Assembly: GCF_006345805.1 (NCBI RefSeq)
Contig: NC_043021.1
Location: forward strand, 28,644,001 to 28,708,000
DNA from: Octopus sinensis
Taxonomy: Eukaryota
Reading direction: 5' to 3'
Length of the DNA stretch: 64,000 nucleotides
How positions within the stretch are numbered: the stretch's first letter is position 1; each line of letters opens with the position of its first letter. This document shows positions 26,815-39,479 of this stretch, in pieces. Position numbers and translations under genes: made by a program. Below the pieces are notes generated by a model. That model was not told where the DNA came from. It was given only the letters and a program-made list of their open reading frames with translations, and did not search any database.

Positions 26815-26930
26815 TATATATATACACATATATATATACACACATACATATATATACATATATATATATATACACCTATATATACATATATATATATGCA
26901 TATATTATATATATTTATACATGCATATAT

Positions 26931-27006
<76 letters not shown>

Positions 27007-27010
27007 ACGT
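25841..27010. repeat. Mostly compound (TA)n/(CA)n microsatellites with short unique stretches
   Basis: Direct reading; the source of many spurious Y/I/H/T ORFs. Confidence 0.85.
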
Positions 27011-27548
27011 ATCTATAGCTGCAAACACATATATATTTGTATTCGTGTATACGTTTATGTGGATATGTTGTGTGACTGTGGTTGTGCACCGAATAATATG
27101 TTTCTGTAGATGGACGTTTGTTTATATACCTTTGTGTGAGTCTATACATTCTGCATCTATCGATGAGTATTTCTCTATTTTTCCAGCCCAATAATTAAAG
27201 GTGACTTTAGCTTTCGCAGCAATTTAGTTTTTCTTCTATTTTTCTTTTGTATTTCCCTCTGCGTTTCTGTATATTTATGACCAACCGAACACTTGATGAT
27301 AAAGACGGTAATGTATTGGTATGGACAGAAAATATATAGTATTTTACTTCGGTGGAACCGTTTAAATAGCATTTTGCATCGTTGGTAAGACATGTGAGTC
27401 AGTCGAGAACATTCCAAAGTCTGAGAAACCAGTTATTTCATTATTGTTCTCTTAATATTTACAGCGCTGTTATTCACCCAACTTTTGCTTTTGTGAGTGC
27501 ATATTTATACGCATGTGTGTGTGTGTGTATCTATAACTCTCTCTCTCC

Positions 27549-27589
<41 letters not shown>

Positions 27590-27599
27590 TATATATAAA

Positions 27600-27775
27600 C
27601 GCGCAGGAGTGGTTGTGTGGTAAGAAACTGAAGCTTGCTTGCAGACAAATATGGTCTCGAGTTCAGTCCCACTGAGTGACACCTTGGACATGTATCCACT
27701 ACCATAATCTCGGGACGACCAAAGCCTTGTATCTGGATTTGCTGGACGGAAACTCAAAGAAGCCCATCGTATAAA
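27600..27775 (+). mobile_element. tRNA-headed SINE, degenerate 5' part
   Basis: GCGCAGGAGTGGTTGTGTGG..GAGTTCAGTCCC (A/B-box-like); same family as 35285-35700. Confidence 0.7.
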
Positions 27776-27841
27776 TATATGTCTCTATCTTGTATCACCT
27801 AACTGTCTGGATGTTTTGCGTACTTGTCCCATTTTGTAAAT

Positions 27842-27916
<75 letters not shown>

Positions 27917-27918
<2 letters not shown>

Positions 27919-28169
27919 GGTCATGGTAACGTGGAGGAAGAAGAATCTGGCTCGAATCTATCCAACATAGTAATTCCAATTGTTTCAGTCATTAGACTGG
28001 GGTCATGCTGGAGAACCGACTGTATGAATCCTTAGTGGAGTGAATCAGCTCCAGGAGTGTGTTTTAAAGCCTGGTATTTATTATATCGGTTGTTTTGCCG
28101 AACACCGTCTTTATCATCAAGTGTTCGGTTGGTCATAAATATACAGAAACGCAGAGGGAAATACAAAAG
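27917..28169. repeat. Composite of two locally copied inverted segments
   Basis: 27917-28104 is the reverse complement of 29312-29499 (188 bp); 28104-28169 is the reverse complement of 27244-27309 (66 bp). Confidence 0.9.
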
Positions 28170-28187
28170 CATAGTATATATATATAC

Positions 28188-28219
<32 letters not shown>

Positions 28220-28223
<4 letters not shown>

Positions 28224-29175
28224 GAGACTGTGTAGTAAATGATAATTAGATGGGGTAATGTCCGGCGAATACGGTGGGTTGGGCATCGTTTTCCTTCAAA
28301 CTGCTCAAGCCTTTGGAATGTCATCCTCACTGTACGTGGTCGAGAATTATCGTGTTGGAAGAACACCTTTCGTCTTGAAAACAAAGATGGTCGTTTTTCT
28401 TCTAGCGCTGACTTAAACCGCTCAAGCTCTCCGCAGTAGATCTTCTTTGTTTGGGTTCAAAGGGTTGAAAGTTTACAAAACCTTTCATATCCCACCAAAC
28501 AGATAACATCTTGTGTGTGAAGACCTTCTTTAACCTGGGTGCCGTCATTTCTCCTATCCCAACCCACGGTCTTCGGTGCTTGATATTTTTATAGAGAACC
28601 CATTTCTCGTCACCAGTCACTAATCGGCCCCCAAAAGTTTCATCCGTGAGACCTGATAGCAAAGAAGAGCATACATTCACTCTTTGCACGTGATTAGACT
28701 CGGAACGTCTGTGCGGAATTCATTGACCCAATTTGATGACTTTTCCGATGGGATGCAGGTGTCGATGAATGGTTTAATGACCAAATCCAAGTTTTTCTGC
28801 TATTTCTCAGCAGTTACAATGGGATTTTATTTGCCGGCTCGGAATTTCCGGAACCACCGTTGAGACTGGCTGATGCATATTGGCCGATCTCCATACACTG
28901 GATTCATATTCCTCGTAGTTTCTGTTGAATTGTTGCCTTTATAGAACTCATAAAGCAAAATATGCCGTGTATGCTCCTTTGTCACTTCCATTATAGCTTT
29001 GAGAAAATAACTTAAAATTGAACTGCACTCATGAAAGCTTGCACTAAGAGTAATTTCAAGGTAAAATTACTGCCAGCTTTTATAGCAAGTTGATGCAGGT
29101 AGTTTATCCCGTCCCCCTCCAACTTTTAGTTCATGCAATTGAAAAAGGCACACTATTTATGGGATGACCCAACAT
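28220..29175 (-). mobile_element. Mariner-family transposon remnant (transposase pseudogene, one TIR)
   Basis: VTGDEKWVLY, FQHDN.RP and PPYSPDITPSNYHL motifs across frameshifts; TIR-like TTGGGTCATCCCATAAAT at about 29154-29171. Confidence 0.85.
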
Positions 29176-29837
29176 GTATATGTGTGTGTATGTATGTGTG
29201 TGCGCGTGTGAGTGTGTGTGCGTGTGTGTGTATGTACGTGTGTGTGTATGTGCGTGTGTGCGCGTGTGTGTATCCCATAGTTTCGGTTTGTTTACATCAC
29301 CGTAACTTAGCTGTTCGGCAAAACAACCGATATAATAAATACCAGGCTTTAAAACACACTCCTGGAGCTGATTCACTCCACTAAGGATTCACACAGTCGG
29401 TTCTCCAGCATGACCCCAGTCTAATGACTGAAACAATTGGAATTACTATGTTGGATAGATTCGAGCCAGATTCTTCTTCCTCCACGTTACCATGACCACT
29501 AATGGCTACTCAAAGACTTTTGTCAAGTCGCTCAATTTGCTAGAAATAACAATAACGACTTCCTTCGAATCATACCCTACCGTCTTAAGTATCTTTTATC
29601 TCCTACCTTTTATTTTTTACAAACACAGTCACCAGAGTGCAGCCTTACGGGACAAACTCCTTCAAGAGATTTTTAGTCAAATAATTTTTGTTTCATTTTT
29701 CTTTCTTGTTTTTTTTTTGTAAGTTTGGCAATTATTTTATCTCGCTCTTCTGCCCAACCAACACCTTGCGGGAGCGTAAATAAATGCCACTCTTCAAAAG
29801 GCGGGACTACAGACCCATGCACACACACACACACACA

Positions 29838-29882
<45 letters not shown>

Positions 29883-29924
29883 ATTCACTCACTCTTTTAC
29901 AAACACAAGCGCGCGCATGTATGT

Positions 29925-30080
29925 ACACAAAGGGTTTCTCTCACTTCCTGTCTGCCATATCCAGTCACAAGTACCATATCCACTCGCAAGGCTTTAGTCG
30001 GCCCGGGTCTACAGTAGAAGACACTTGCACAAGGTGCTACGCTGTAGGACTGAACCCGAAATCATGTGATTAGGAAGTAA
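29925..30080 (-). mobile_element. SINE fragment (family of 35285-35700)
   Basis: GAAGACACTTGCACAAGGTGC..GGACTGAACCCG core. Confidence 0.65.
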
Positions 30081-30587
30081 ACAGAAAAACAGAAAATACA
30101 TTAGACGACATGGTCATTTTACATACATCCAGGCGCTGGACTGGATGGCAAGGATTATAATGCTTCTTTTTTTATTGTAGGCCTACTAGATCAGTTAAAC
30201 AATAAAAACAGCAACAACGAAGACGAAACCACGATGAAGATATTTGCATTAAAGTAAAAAACGACAAGAAAAGCACTCAATACTTGTGTTAGCTTAGACG
30301 CAAGGTCCCTTGAGGATACTACTCGGCGTGAAGACTTGCAACTTTTCTAGGTTGCTTTAAAGCGCAACAGTGTGAGTGTACATAGCGGTAAGAGAATAAA
30401 ATCTCAAATCTCAAAGCGAGGAAACGTGATGAAGTTGATTGAGTCATTTACACCTTTTTTTCTGTTGTGTGTGAGAAATATCGAAAATCTCTCTCCGGAG
30501 TTGTTAAAAACGTTAATTAAAGTTGGTCAACGCCAGGAGAATAACAACACGGCCAACCTATTTAGCGTAATACATTTGTGTGTACAA

Positions 30588-30965
30588 GGCGGCGAGCTGG
30601 TAGAATCGTTAGCACACCGGGCGAAATGCTTAACGGGATTTCGTCTGTCGCTACGTTCTGAGTTCAAATTCCGCCGAGGTCGACTTTGCCTTTCATCCTT
30701 TCGGGGTCGATTAAATAAGTACCAGTTACGCACTGGTGTCGATATAATCGACTTAATCCGTTCGTCTGTCCTTGTTTGTCCTCTCTGTGTTTAGCCTCTT
30801 GTGGGTAGTAAAGAAATAGGTATTTCGTCTGCCGTTACGTTCTGAGTTCAAATTCCCCCGAGGTTGACTTTGCCTTTCCTTAAGTACCAGTTGTGTACTG
30901 GGGAACGATCTAATCGACTAGCCCCTCCCCCAAAATTTCAGGCCTTGTGCCTAGAGTAGAAAAGA
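30588..30965 (+). mobile_element. Second tRNA-headed SINE family, with partial internal duplication
   Basis: GGCGGCGAGCTGGTAGAATCG (A-box-like) and GAGTTCAAATTCC (B-box-like); body repeated at about 30818-30965. Confidence 0.75.
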
Positions 30966-31373
30966 ATTTATTGGTGTGAATGTGTATATACCTTGACACT
31001 GTGTGGACTGAGGTCCTCGTCCACAGGCTGCTGATATTAATGAAGTGTGAAACACTTACTGTATGATAATTAGGAAGTCCACTCCTTGGTAACAACAGGA
31101 TATGTAAGCAGACACGCTACTTGTTTCTCTGGGATCGGTCAAATTGATGTAGACATCTCTGATGAGAATACAATGAGTTTCCAAAATCGATTAAGACTGT
31201 TCATTCTTTCAGTCTACGGGGAAATAGACTAAATATACCGTTAATATATCTACTACGTCACACACACGCGCGCACACACACACACACAGACACAGACACA
31301 CACACATGCACACATAGACACGTACGCATACACACACAGAGAGCCTCACATTTATGAATATATATGCATTACA

Positions 31374-31412
<39 letters not shown>

Positions 31413-32959
31413 GTGTGTGTGTGTGTGTATGTGTGTGTGTATGTCCATGTATATAAATATGTGTGTGCGTGTGTGAGAGAGAGAGAGAACATTTTTTATA
31501 AACAAACTTAGATGCGCCAAGTGGGCTGGTATCTTACAGAATATAAAGTAAATCTCCAATTGGGGACAGATGTGAAAACAGATTAGAGAATTGGGTAAAT
31601 ACCCCTAGAAGACAGGAAAAAGTTGCCAACAATCCTCTACAGAGAATCGAATCCTGCACTTCACAGATACCGACAGAGCGCTCTCTACCATTAGGAAGTA
31701 TTTGTTTCTTTCCCAACTTGAAATGCGACAGAACTCTCTTTCCAGACAAATATATTTTTTCACACACACACATATATAAGGAAACGTGAATATATATATA
31801 TATATTATATATATATATGTACAAATGTTTGAAAAATTTAAAAGAATGACATCACTGGTAGTTCTAATCAACCTAATTTATTATTTTTTAATTTTTAATG
31901 ATATAAATTTCAGTTCAAAGCTTTATGAACTAAAATTTATATCATTAAAAAATCAAGTAATAAATTAACTGATTAGAACTACTTGGGAAGGTCATTCTTT
32001 TTCTTTTTTAAAACTTACCTAACTGTACCAAGGATCTCACACATTTTCGAATATATATATATATATATAGGAGAGTTCACGAAAACAAAAACAAAAGACA
32101 CAGGTGGTGTACAAAACAAACAGATGTATTAGTATAACGCTCAGGAATAGAAAAAGTATTTTATGTTTCGAGCCTACGCTCTTCTACAGAAAGGGACACA
32201 GAAAAAAAAACAAAGAGAGACTCAAGGAGTGAAAAAAATGTGTGTAGTCGCTACCGATCTATCATGGCGACTATATATATATATGCGTGGGGATGGGAGT
32301 GGGATGTGTTTGTGTGTGCGCGCGCGCTCGCGCGTGTGTATTCCCTAGCATGGCCGTAGTCCAATAACTGAAACAAATGAAACAAAAATATAAGCGATGA
32401 CGTCTCTGTGTCGCTATCGGACCTGCTAGAAATGGTACCTAAATTCCCCTCGAATCTCTACACTATAACCTTAAAGATACAAATTACTGTTAACTATTAT
32501 AGTTATATGGCTGCCAAAATGACAGTGAGGTCACAACTGGAATTTCTTTGGACGTACCCGTAACTTAGTCCTTCGACAAAAAGAAACCGATGTTGTAAGT
32601 AACAGAAAAGAAGTATTTATGTCGATTTGTTCGACTAAAATTCTTCAAAGCGGTGCCCCAGCATGGCCGCAGTCTAATGACAGAAACAGATCTATGCGAC
32701 TAGAGATAAGCCTGGGGTTAATCAAGGCTATGAAATGCTTTCCATACACTGCAACTGATACCATTGACACCACCAGCGACAGACAACACAGCCGCCTGTA
32801 TCATCAACTATTTATCAACGCAAATCACCAATACAAATCATTATTATCACCACCACCACCACCTCCAACGACAACAACAACAACAACAACAACATTCTAT
32901 GTTTCGTTGACACATTTTTAAGGGTTGCTGCGCAGCTGTAATATAATATGTGTATCACG

Positions 32960-33110
32960 TCTGAAAGAAGAAGAAGAAAGAAGAAGAAGAGAAGAAGAAG
33001 AAGAAGAAGAAGAAGAAGAAGAAGAAGAAGAAGAAGAAGAAGAAGAAGAAGAAGAAGAACAAGAACAAGAACAAGAACAAGAACAAGAACAAGAACAAGA
33101 ACAAGAACAA
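32960..33110 (+). repeat. (GAA)n followed by (GAACAA)n
   Basis: Direct reading. Confidence 0.95.
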
Positions 33111-33719
33111 GGAAAAAAATCAATTTATTAAGATCGATTATTGTCATAGACATTATTTGAACCTAAATTTTTACCTGCCCCGAATCTTTTACCGACAGAA
33201 CAAATTCGCTGTCATGTTTCTAAATTGCTCAATTTATCAATTGCACTTTGTAATTACCAAGGCGTGAGATTCATTTCGTCTTGTCTGACACTAATTATGT
33301 ACCATCACGTAGTGCCACCACATGCAACAAATTCTAAACATTTCACACTAAAATTAAATAAACTGCATCCGAAAAGGAAAAAATAAAAGTGAAAAACATA
33401 CATGTAAGCATACATGCTACCTTTTATCTTTTTCCGTTACTTGTTTCAGTAATTACACTGCGGCCATGCTGTGGCATCACCTTCAAGAGTCTTTTAAACA
33501 GCAGCACTTCTTTTCTTTTTATTCTGCTAAGTTACAGCGACGTAAGCAAACCAACACCACTTGACGAGATGTGATCGGGTAAAAACAGACACACACACAC
33601 ACACATACATATACACACACACACACAAACACACACACTCATACACACACATATACACACACACACAAACACACACACACATTCACACACATACACACAC
33701 ACACACACATATATATATC

Positions 33720-33880
33720 GACGACGGAGTCCTTTCAGCTTCCGGTTAGCAAATCTACTCACAAGGCCCTGGTTGGCTCTAGGCTATAATACAAGTCACT
33801 TGCACAAGGTGCCATGCAGTGAGATTGAACCCGGAACTATGTGGTTGGGAAACAAACACCTTATTAGACAGCCTTGCCTC
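33720..33880 (-). mobile_element. SINE 5' part (family of 35285-35700)
   Basis: CACTTGCACAAGGTGCCATGCAGTGAGATTGAACCCGGAAC. Confidence 0.7.
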
Positions 33881-34071
33881 AGTCTATCAGTTTTTTGTTG
33901 TTGACGTCACCAAAATGAACGACATTATCCTTAAAGGCGTGAAACTGTAATGATTTTTGGACGACAACTGACGCAGAAAGAGCATATCCATGTCTTGTGT
34001 GTAAATGTTCCCTTTCTTCTTTTGTCGTCATTCTATTCAATTTATGAATATATAATATAAAATATATATAT

Positions 34072-34140
<69 letters not shown>

Positions 34141-34196
34141 TTTCTGTATTTGGTTTGCAAGATACTTTAGGTGAATTCGTGTGTTGCAGCATAATT

Positions 34197-34255
34197 TATT
34201 GGGTCTGGTGAGAGTCCTTTTTTAGAACTCACCGGACTGATTTCCACTCATTTAC

Positions 34256-34290
<35 letters not shown>

Positions 34291-34390
34291 TTCATGTTTA
34301 CTATAAATAAATAAATGAGTAGAAATCAGACCGGTGTGTGTGTTAAATAACTAAGACACTAAAAGAAAATGACTCTCCCCAGACACAATA
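34197..34390. repeat. Nested fold-back element (MITE-like)
   Basis: Outer IR TATTGGGTCTGGTGAGAGTC / GACTCTCCCCAGACACAATA; inner IR CACCGGACTGATTTCCACTCATTTA / TAAATGAGTAGAAATCAGACCGGTG around (TTTA)n. Confidence 0.65.
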
Positions 34391-34413
34391 ATATATATAA
34401 ATATATACACCAA

Positions 34414-34540
34414 TCACATGATTCCGGGTTCAATCCCACTGCGTGGCTGCTTGGGCAAGTGTCTTCTACTATAGCCCCGGGCTGGCCAAATCCTTGGGAG
34501 TGGATTTGGTAGACGCAAGCAGAAAGAAGTCCGTCGTATA
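34414..34540 (+). mobile_element. SINE fragment (family of 35285-35700)
   Basis: CCGGGTTCAATCCCACTGCGTGG..GGGCAAGTGTCTTCTACTATAGC. Confidence 0.7.
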
Positions 34541-34920
34541 TATATATACATGTGTGTGTGTAAGGAAAGCAATTTTCGAAAAATTAAAAGAAAAGTTTTT
34601 TAAAAGAATATTTGTATAAGTATTCAAATACAAGGGCTGCCTTGTTGCTGCCTGTCTCTGTCTCTCTCGCTTACTCTTGTGTAAACAAGAGAGACAGGAT
34701 CAGGCAGAAACAAAGAATATGCCCCTTGTATTTGAATACTTATACAAATATTCTTTTAAAAAACTTATCTTTTAATTTTTCAAAAATTGTTTTCCATACT
34801 TACAATTGAAAAAGTCTCAATGACTGAAACTGGTACTGAAATGAGTTTTATAAAATTATTTTAGCATTTTCTACCTTGACTATTTTTCCATATATAACTC
34901 GTGTGCTCTTTTCAACCTTC

Positions 34921-35013
<93 letters not shown>

Positions 35014-35284
35014 CGAAATCAGATCGCCATATTGATTCGCTAGCCTCTGCACGCATTTTTTTCTCTCCTTCTTTCTGTGTTTCTTCTCTGTGTATGTTTC
35101 TGTTGAAGAGCGTAGGCTCGAAACGTTAAAGACTTGTTTTATTTATATTTCCTGAGCGCCATACTAATACAATTTTTTGTTTGTATTCCACCTGCCTTCG
35201 TCTTTTGTTTATTTCTGTAAACCTGCCTTCGTCTTTTGTCTATTTTCATAAAGCGTCCCGTTATATATATATATATATACATAT

Positions 35285-35700
35285 ATACTCTTTTACTCTC
35301 TTTTTACTTGTTTCAGTCATTTGACTGCGGCCATGCTGGAGCACCGCCTTTAGTCGAGCAAATCGACCCCGGGACTTATTCTTTGTAAGCCCAGTACTTA
35401 TTCTATCGGTCTCTTTTGCCGAACTGCTAAGTGACAGGGACGTAAACACACCAGCATCGGTTGTCAAGCAATGCTAGGGGAACAAACACAGACACACAAA
35501 CATATTCACACACACTTATATATATATACATATATACGACAGGCTTCTTTCAGTTTCCGTCTACCAAATCCACTCACAAGGCATTGGTCGGCCTGGGGCT
35601 ATAGCAGAAGACACTTGCCCAAGGTGCCACGCAGTGGGACTGAACCCGGAACCATGTGGTTGGTTAGCAAGCTACTTACCAAACAGCCACTCCTGCGCCT
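35285..35700 (-). mobile_element. Near full-length tRNA-headed SINE (octopus-like)
   Basis: Minus strand AGGCGCAGGAGTGGCTGTTTGG..GGTTCAGTCCC (A/B boxes), central CA/TA tract, and the CAGTCATTTGACTGCGGCCATGCTGGAGCACCGCC tail also seen at 41197 and 44016. Confidence 0.8.
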
Positions 35701-35973
35701 ATATATATATATATATATATAAATTAATTAAGGGTAGAAATTGATATTAGTCAATTAAAACCAGTGGTCTAGCATATTAAAAAGAATCCGAAGATTAAAA
35801 TATTTATATATACCAATTAAGGACTGAACACGAAAAAGTGGACAGTCAACATGCTAGATATAGACGTCAAATCGCCATTCTCCACAAAGATTATGTTCTC
35901 AAATAAAATAAAATTCAGCACAACCCAAAGCAATAAATAAGACAAATGAAAATATACGAAATGAAATAATCAC

Positions 35974-36035
35974 CTGTGTACCGAACGGTTTCAGTTATTG
36001 ATGTCACAAGGATAACTGTAACTTCGTCAGCACAG
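35974..36035 (-). ncRNA. Type I hammerhead ribozyme (left arm)
   Basis: Reverse complement of the right-arm HHR, with 2 substitutions inside stem II. Confidence 0.85.
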
Positions 36036-36347
36036 TTTGTTATGAACATAATTTGCTGGACTAGATGCAAGAAAACGATACCGGAGTTTCGCATGCATAA
36101 AGTACAACCGATTAAGTTCGAATGTATCTTTCAAATGCCTTTACTTTTGGCGCGCTGAGACCCGAAAAACCAGCCAGCAGCTAATAATTAGCAGCAGTCA
36201 ATTTATCGGTTTAAGAACATATATTTTATATTAAAAAAGTAAAGGCATTTGAAAGATACATTCGAACTTAATCGGTTGTACTTTATGCATGCGAAACTCC
36301 GGCATCGTTTTCTTGCATCTAGTCCAGCAAATTATGTTCATAACAAA

Positions 36348-36409
36348 CTGTGCTGACGAAGTTACAGTTATCCTTGTGATATTAATAACTGAAACCGTTC
36401 GGTACACAG
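36348..36409 (+). ncRNA. Type I hammerhead ribozyme (right arm)
   Basis: CTGTG-CTGACGA-AGTTA..TAACT-GAAA-CCGTTCGG-TA-CACAG; all core nucleotides canonical. Confidence 0.85.
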
Positions 36410-36570
36410 GTGATTATTTCATTTCGTATATTTTCATTTGTCTTATTTATTGCTTTGGGTTGTGCTGAATTTTATTTTATTTGAGAACATAATCTTTGTG
36501 GAGAATGGCGATTTGACGTCTATATCTAGCATGTTGACTGTCCACTTTTTCGTGTTCAGTCCTTAATTGG

Positions 36571-36631
<61 letters not shown>

Positions 36632-36669
36632 TTCTCTGCCTTTCACACTTTGCACTCCACTTTGATCTG

Positions 36670-36723
<54 letters not shown>

Positions 36724-37403
36724 TCCTCCTTTTCTCTTTTCTTGCCTCTGATTCTTTGGTCTCCTCTTTCCCCACTCTCTCACATTTCTCTGTCTTCCTC
36801 ACTTTGCACCTCACAGATTCTGTCGCCAAGCCAATCCTTGGTACGCTCTCTTTCTTCTCCCCTCTTTAATTCCTTCTTTCTCTCTCTTCTACCCTCTTTG
36901 GTGCCTTTGTCCCTCGTTTTCTCTCTCTCTTTGATTCCTTTGCCCCCTATTTTTTCTCTCTCTTCTCCTCTCACGTGACCGCTGGTCAACCAGCCTTTCG
37001 GCATCTGACCACCGCCATGAGAATATCGTTTTCTTCGTCTGCCGAAAAAGGCATTTTTTCCAAATACGCCAGCTAAACTAAGTTGTACTGTCTATAGTCG
37101 TAAGACACCCGCTGTTTTTGTCCTGTTATTACTATTATTGCTTTTTGTATTTATATTCGTGTGGCATCGTCCGTTTTTCTGTCCTTGTTTCGTATACATT
37201 CGATCCTTTTTCCAAGAAATCTAATGCTCGTAGCTTAGTTTTTCCTTGGGGCTGGCCGGATCGGAGCGATCTCAAGATTAATCAGCCGAAATTGCGAGGA
37301 TGATCCGGTTCTTGACTGAAGATTGAAGGCTTCGAATGTCCCGTCCGTGTTTTTTGTATCGTCTTCTATATGTTTTGCGTTCTTGTCCCAGTTTGTATTT
37401 TTT

Positions 37404-37454
<51 letters not shown>

Positions 37455-37606
37455 AGGTTATGAAAGGCAATGGTGACCCAAACGTGCCAGGTAATGCTGA
37501 GTAAGTGCTAAGGATAGGCCATAGCTAAGCTCCAGGTTCGGTGATTATGCGAATAAGGAGTCCAACTAAGGTCATATATCAGCATGTGTATATATATATA
37601 AAATTA

Positions 37607-38294
37607 TTTTCAGACTGAGCTAAAAACAACCAAGGCTGTGAAGACTTTAGAACACTTATAAATACAAGGTCTTACAGCTGTTTCCAGGATATTTATTATA
37701 TCCCTTCATCGGAAACGGCGTGAGAAAATGGTTAAGCAATAGTTAATTTAGATAAGATACGAAATAGAGAGTGAAGTGGAGGAAAGAAAATAGATGTGAG
37801 ATATGCAAGGATATTGCATTTGTAGACCCATTATTTAGGCGGAATGGTATACATATAAGATTCCATTCCCTTATGAGTAAAATCCAATAGCATTTAAAAT
37901 TGGTCAATCCAAGTATAAGAGTTTATACACAGTTCTAATGAATCAAGGGTTTTATTTAAAGTGACCTAAAAGTAGGAAATGTATTAGTAAGGTGAAATCG
38001 AAAACAGGAAGAGAGGAATAAAGAAAAGAAAGAAAAAAGAAAAGAAAAACAAGGAGTGAGATAATCAGGGAAAGTGTACCAGTTAGTGGTGAGTCAAGAT
38101 AATTTGAAAGTAGGAATGGGAAGATGAGAGTGATAGAGAGAGAAAGGTATTAGAGTGTAAAAAGATAGAAGGAATGGTGAGGGTGATAGAGAGTGAGGTA
38201 CAAAACGTAAAGGAGTGGAAACAGCTGTAAGACCTTCTATTTATAAATGTTCTAAAATCTTCACAGCCTTGGATTTTTTATCTCAATCTGAAAA
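37607..38294. mobile_element. Inverted-repeat element (about 78-bp arms) with a variant HHR on the - strand
   Basis: Arms 37607-37685 and 38217-38294; minus strand 37669-37716 reads GTTT-CCGATGA-AGGGATAT/ATATCCTG-GAAA-CAGCTG-TA-AGAC. Confidence 0.65.
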
Positions 38295-38402
38295 AAAAAA
38301 AAAAATATATATATATATATGTGTGTATGTATATATATATGTATGTATGTATATATACTGTTAATTAAAGTCGGGGTGCGTTACGTTCAGTAACTTAATA
38401 GG

Positions 38403-38647
38403 TGAAAAAGTGTATTGTAAATAACAAACGACAGGTAAAAAACGTATAACATAAACTTAGTGCACAACCGGACGGGCGACAATCAGAGAAGGTCCTTAAT
38501 TCTTCAGTTATCAACAATATGGTCATCTGTTTGATAACTGATGAGGAATTAGAGAACTTCTGTGTCTTATCTCCCGTCCGGTTGTATACTCAGTATACGT
38601 TATACGTTTTTAATCTGTTGTCTGTTTATTTACAATACATTTTTTCA
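38403..38647. repeat. Old imperfect palindrome with CTGANGA motifs near the centre
   Basis: Arms 38403-38514 and 38531-38647; CTGATGA at 38538 (+) and CTGAAGA at 38501-38507 (-). Confidence 0.65.
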
Positions 38648-38660
38648 TTTATATATATAC

Positions 38661-38692
<32 letters not shown>

Positions 38693-39219
38693 GGAGGGAG
38701 GGAGAAAGAGGAAGAGTAAGACAGAGAGGGCATGAACGATAAAAACAGAGAGAGAGAGCGGGGTGAGGGAGAAAGAAGATAATTATAAGCACTTAATCAA
38801 AGCTGAAATGCAATACACAACATTAATAAACCTACGTACACAGACAGGCAGATATACCGACCTATAGCAATACACTTTTGTGTTTGACGTAAAACTAGTA
38901 CGGGGTATCAAAGCAAAAAGGATTACATAATTGCAGTGCGTCTCATAGTAAAAACCCTCTTAAATCAGATTTGCATCGTTGCTTTCATTAAATTCGAGTT
39001 AATTACGCTATTGACGCCATGAGAATTATTTTGGTATGAAAAAAAATCAATTAGTAATTATGACTAGCGCACATATTCACTTAATCATACAAAGGAGTAC
39101 CTCTACATATTTAAACGTGGAAAATTACATGCATATGCATATCATAACATACATACACACACACACATATATATATACATCTATATGCATATATATATAA
39201 TATATATATAAATACATAC

Positions 39220-39292
<73 letters not shown>

Positions 39293-39444
39293 TCATCTAC
39301 GCCATTATTATAACACGACCGCACCCGCAAGATAAACATGAGCCTACACAAACTTGTTCAGTGGCATTCATGCATATATGGTAATATGTGTGATGCGCAC
39401 GCGTTTCGTATATATATATATATGTATATATATATATGTTTGTG

Positions 39445-39479
<35 letters not shown>

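Larger units (their letters stand above)
35811..36572. mobile_element. Palindromic element with 338-bp arms and two outward-facing HHRs
   Basis: Arms 35811-36148 and 36235-36572, near-identical; 86-bp spacer; (TA)n flanks. Confidence 0.85.

Noticed and set aside
31020-31720. Possible host exons (good AG and GTAAG signals on the - strand near 31214/31060 and 31610/31540)
   Set aside because: The 31.2-kb candidate has stops in all frames from the acceptor, and neither candidate gives a recognisable protein. Needs RNA-seq.
37300-37355. Hammerhead-like CTGAAGA..GAAT-GTC before (TA)n
   Set aside because: GAAT instead of GAAA, no stem III and no convincing stem I. At most a decayed relic.
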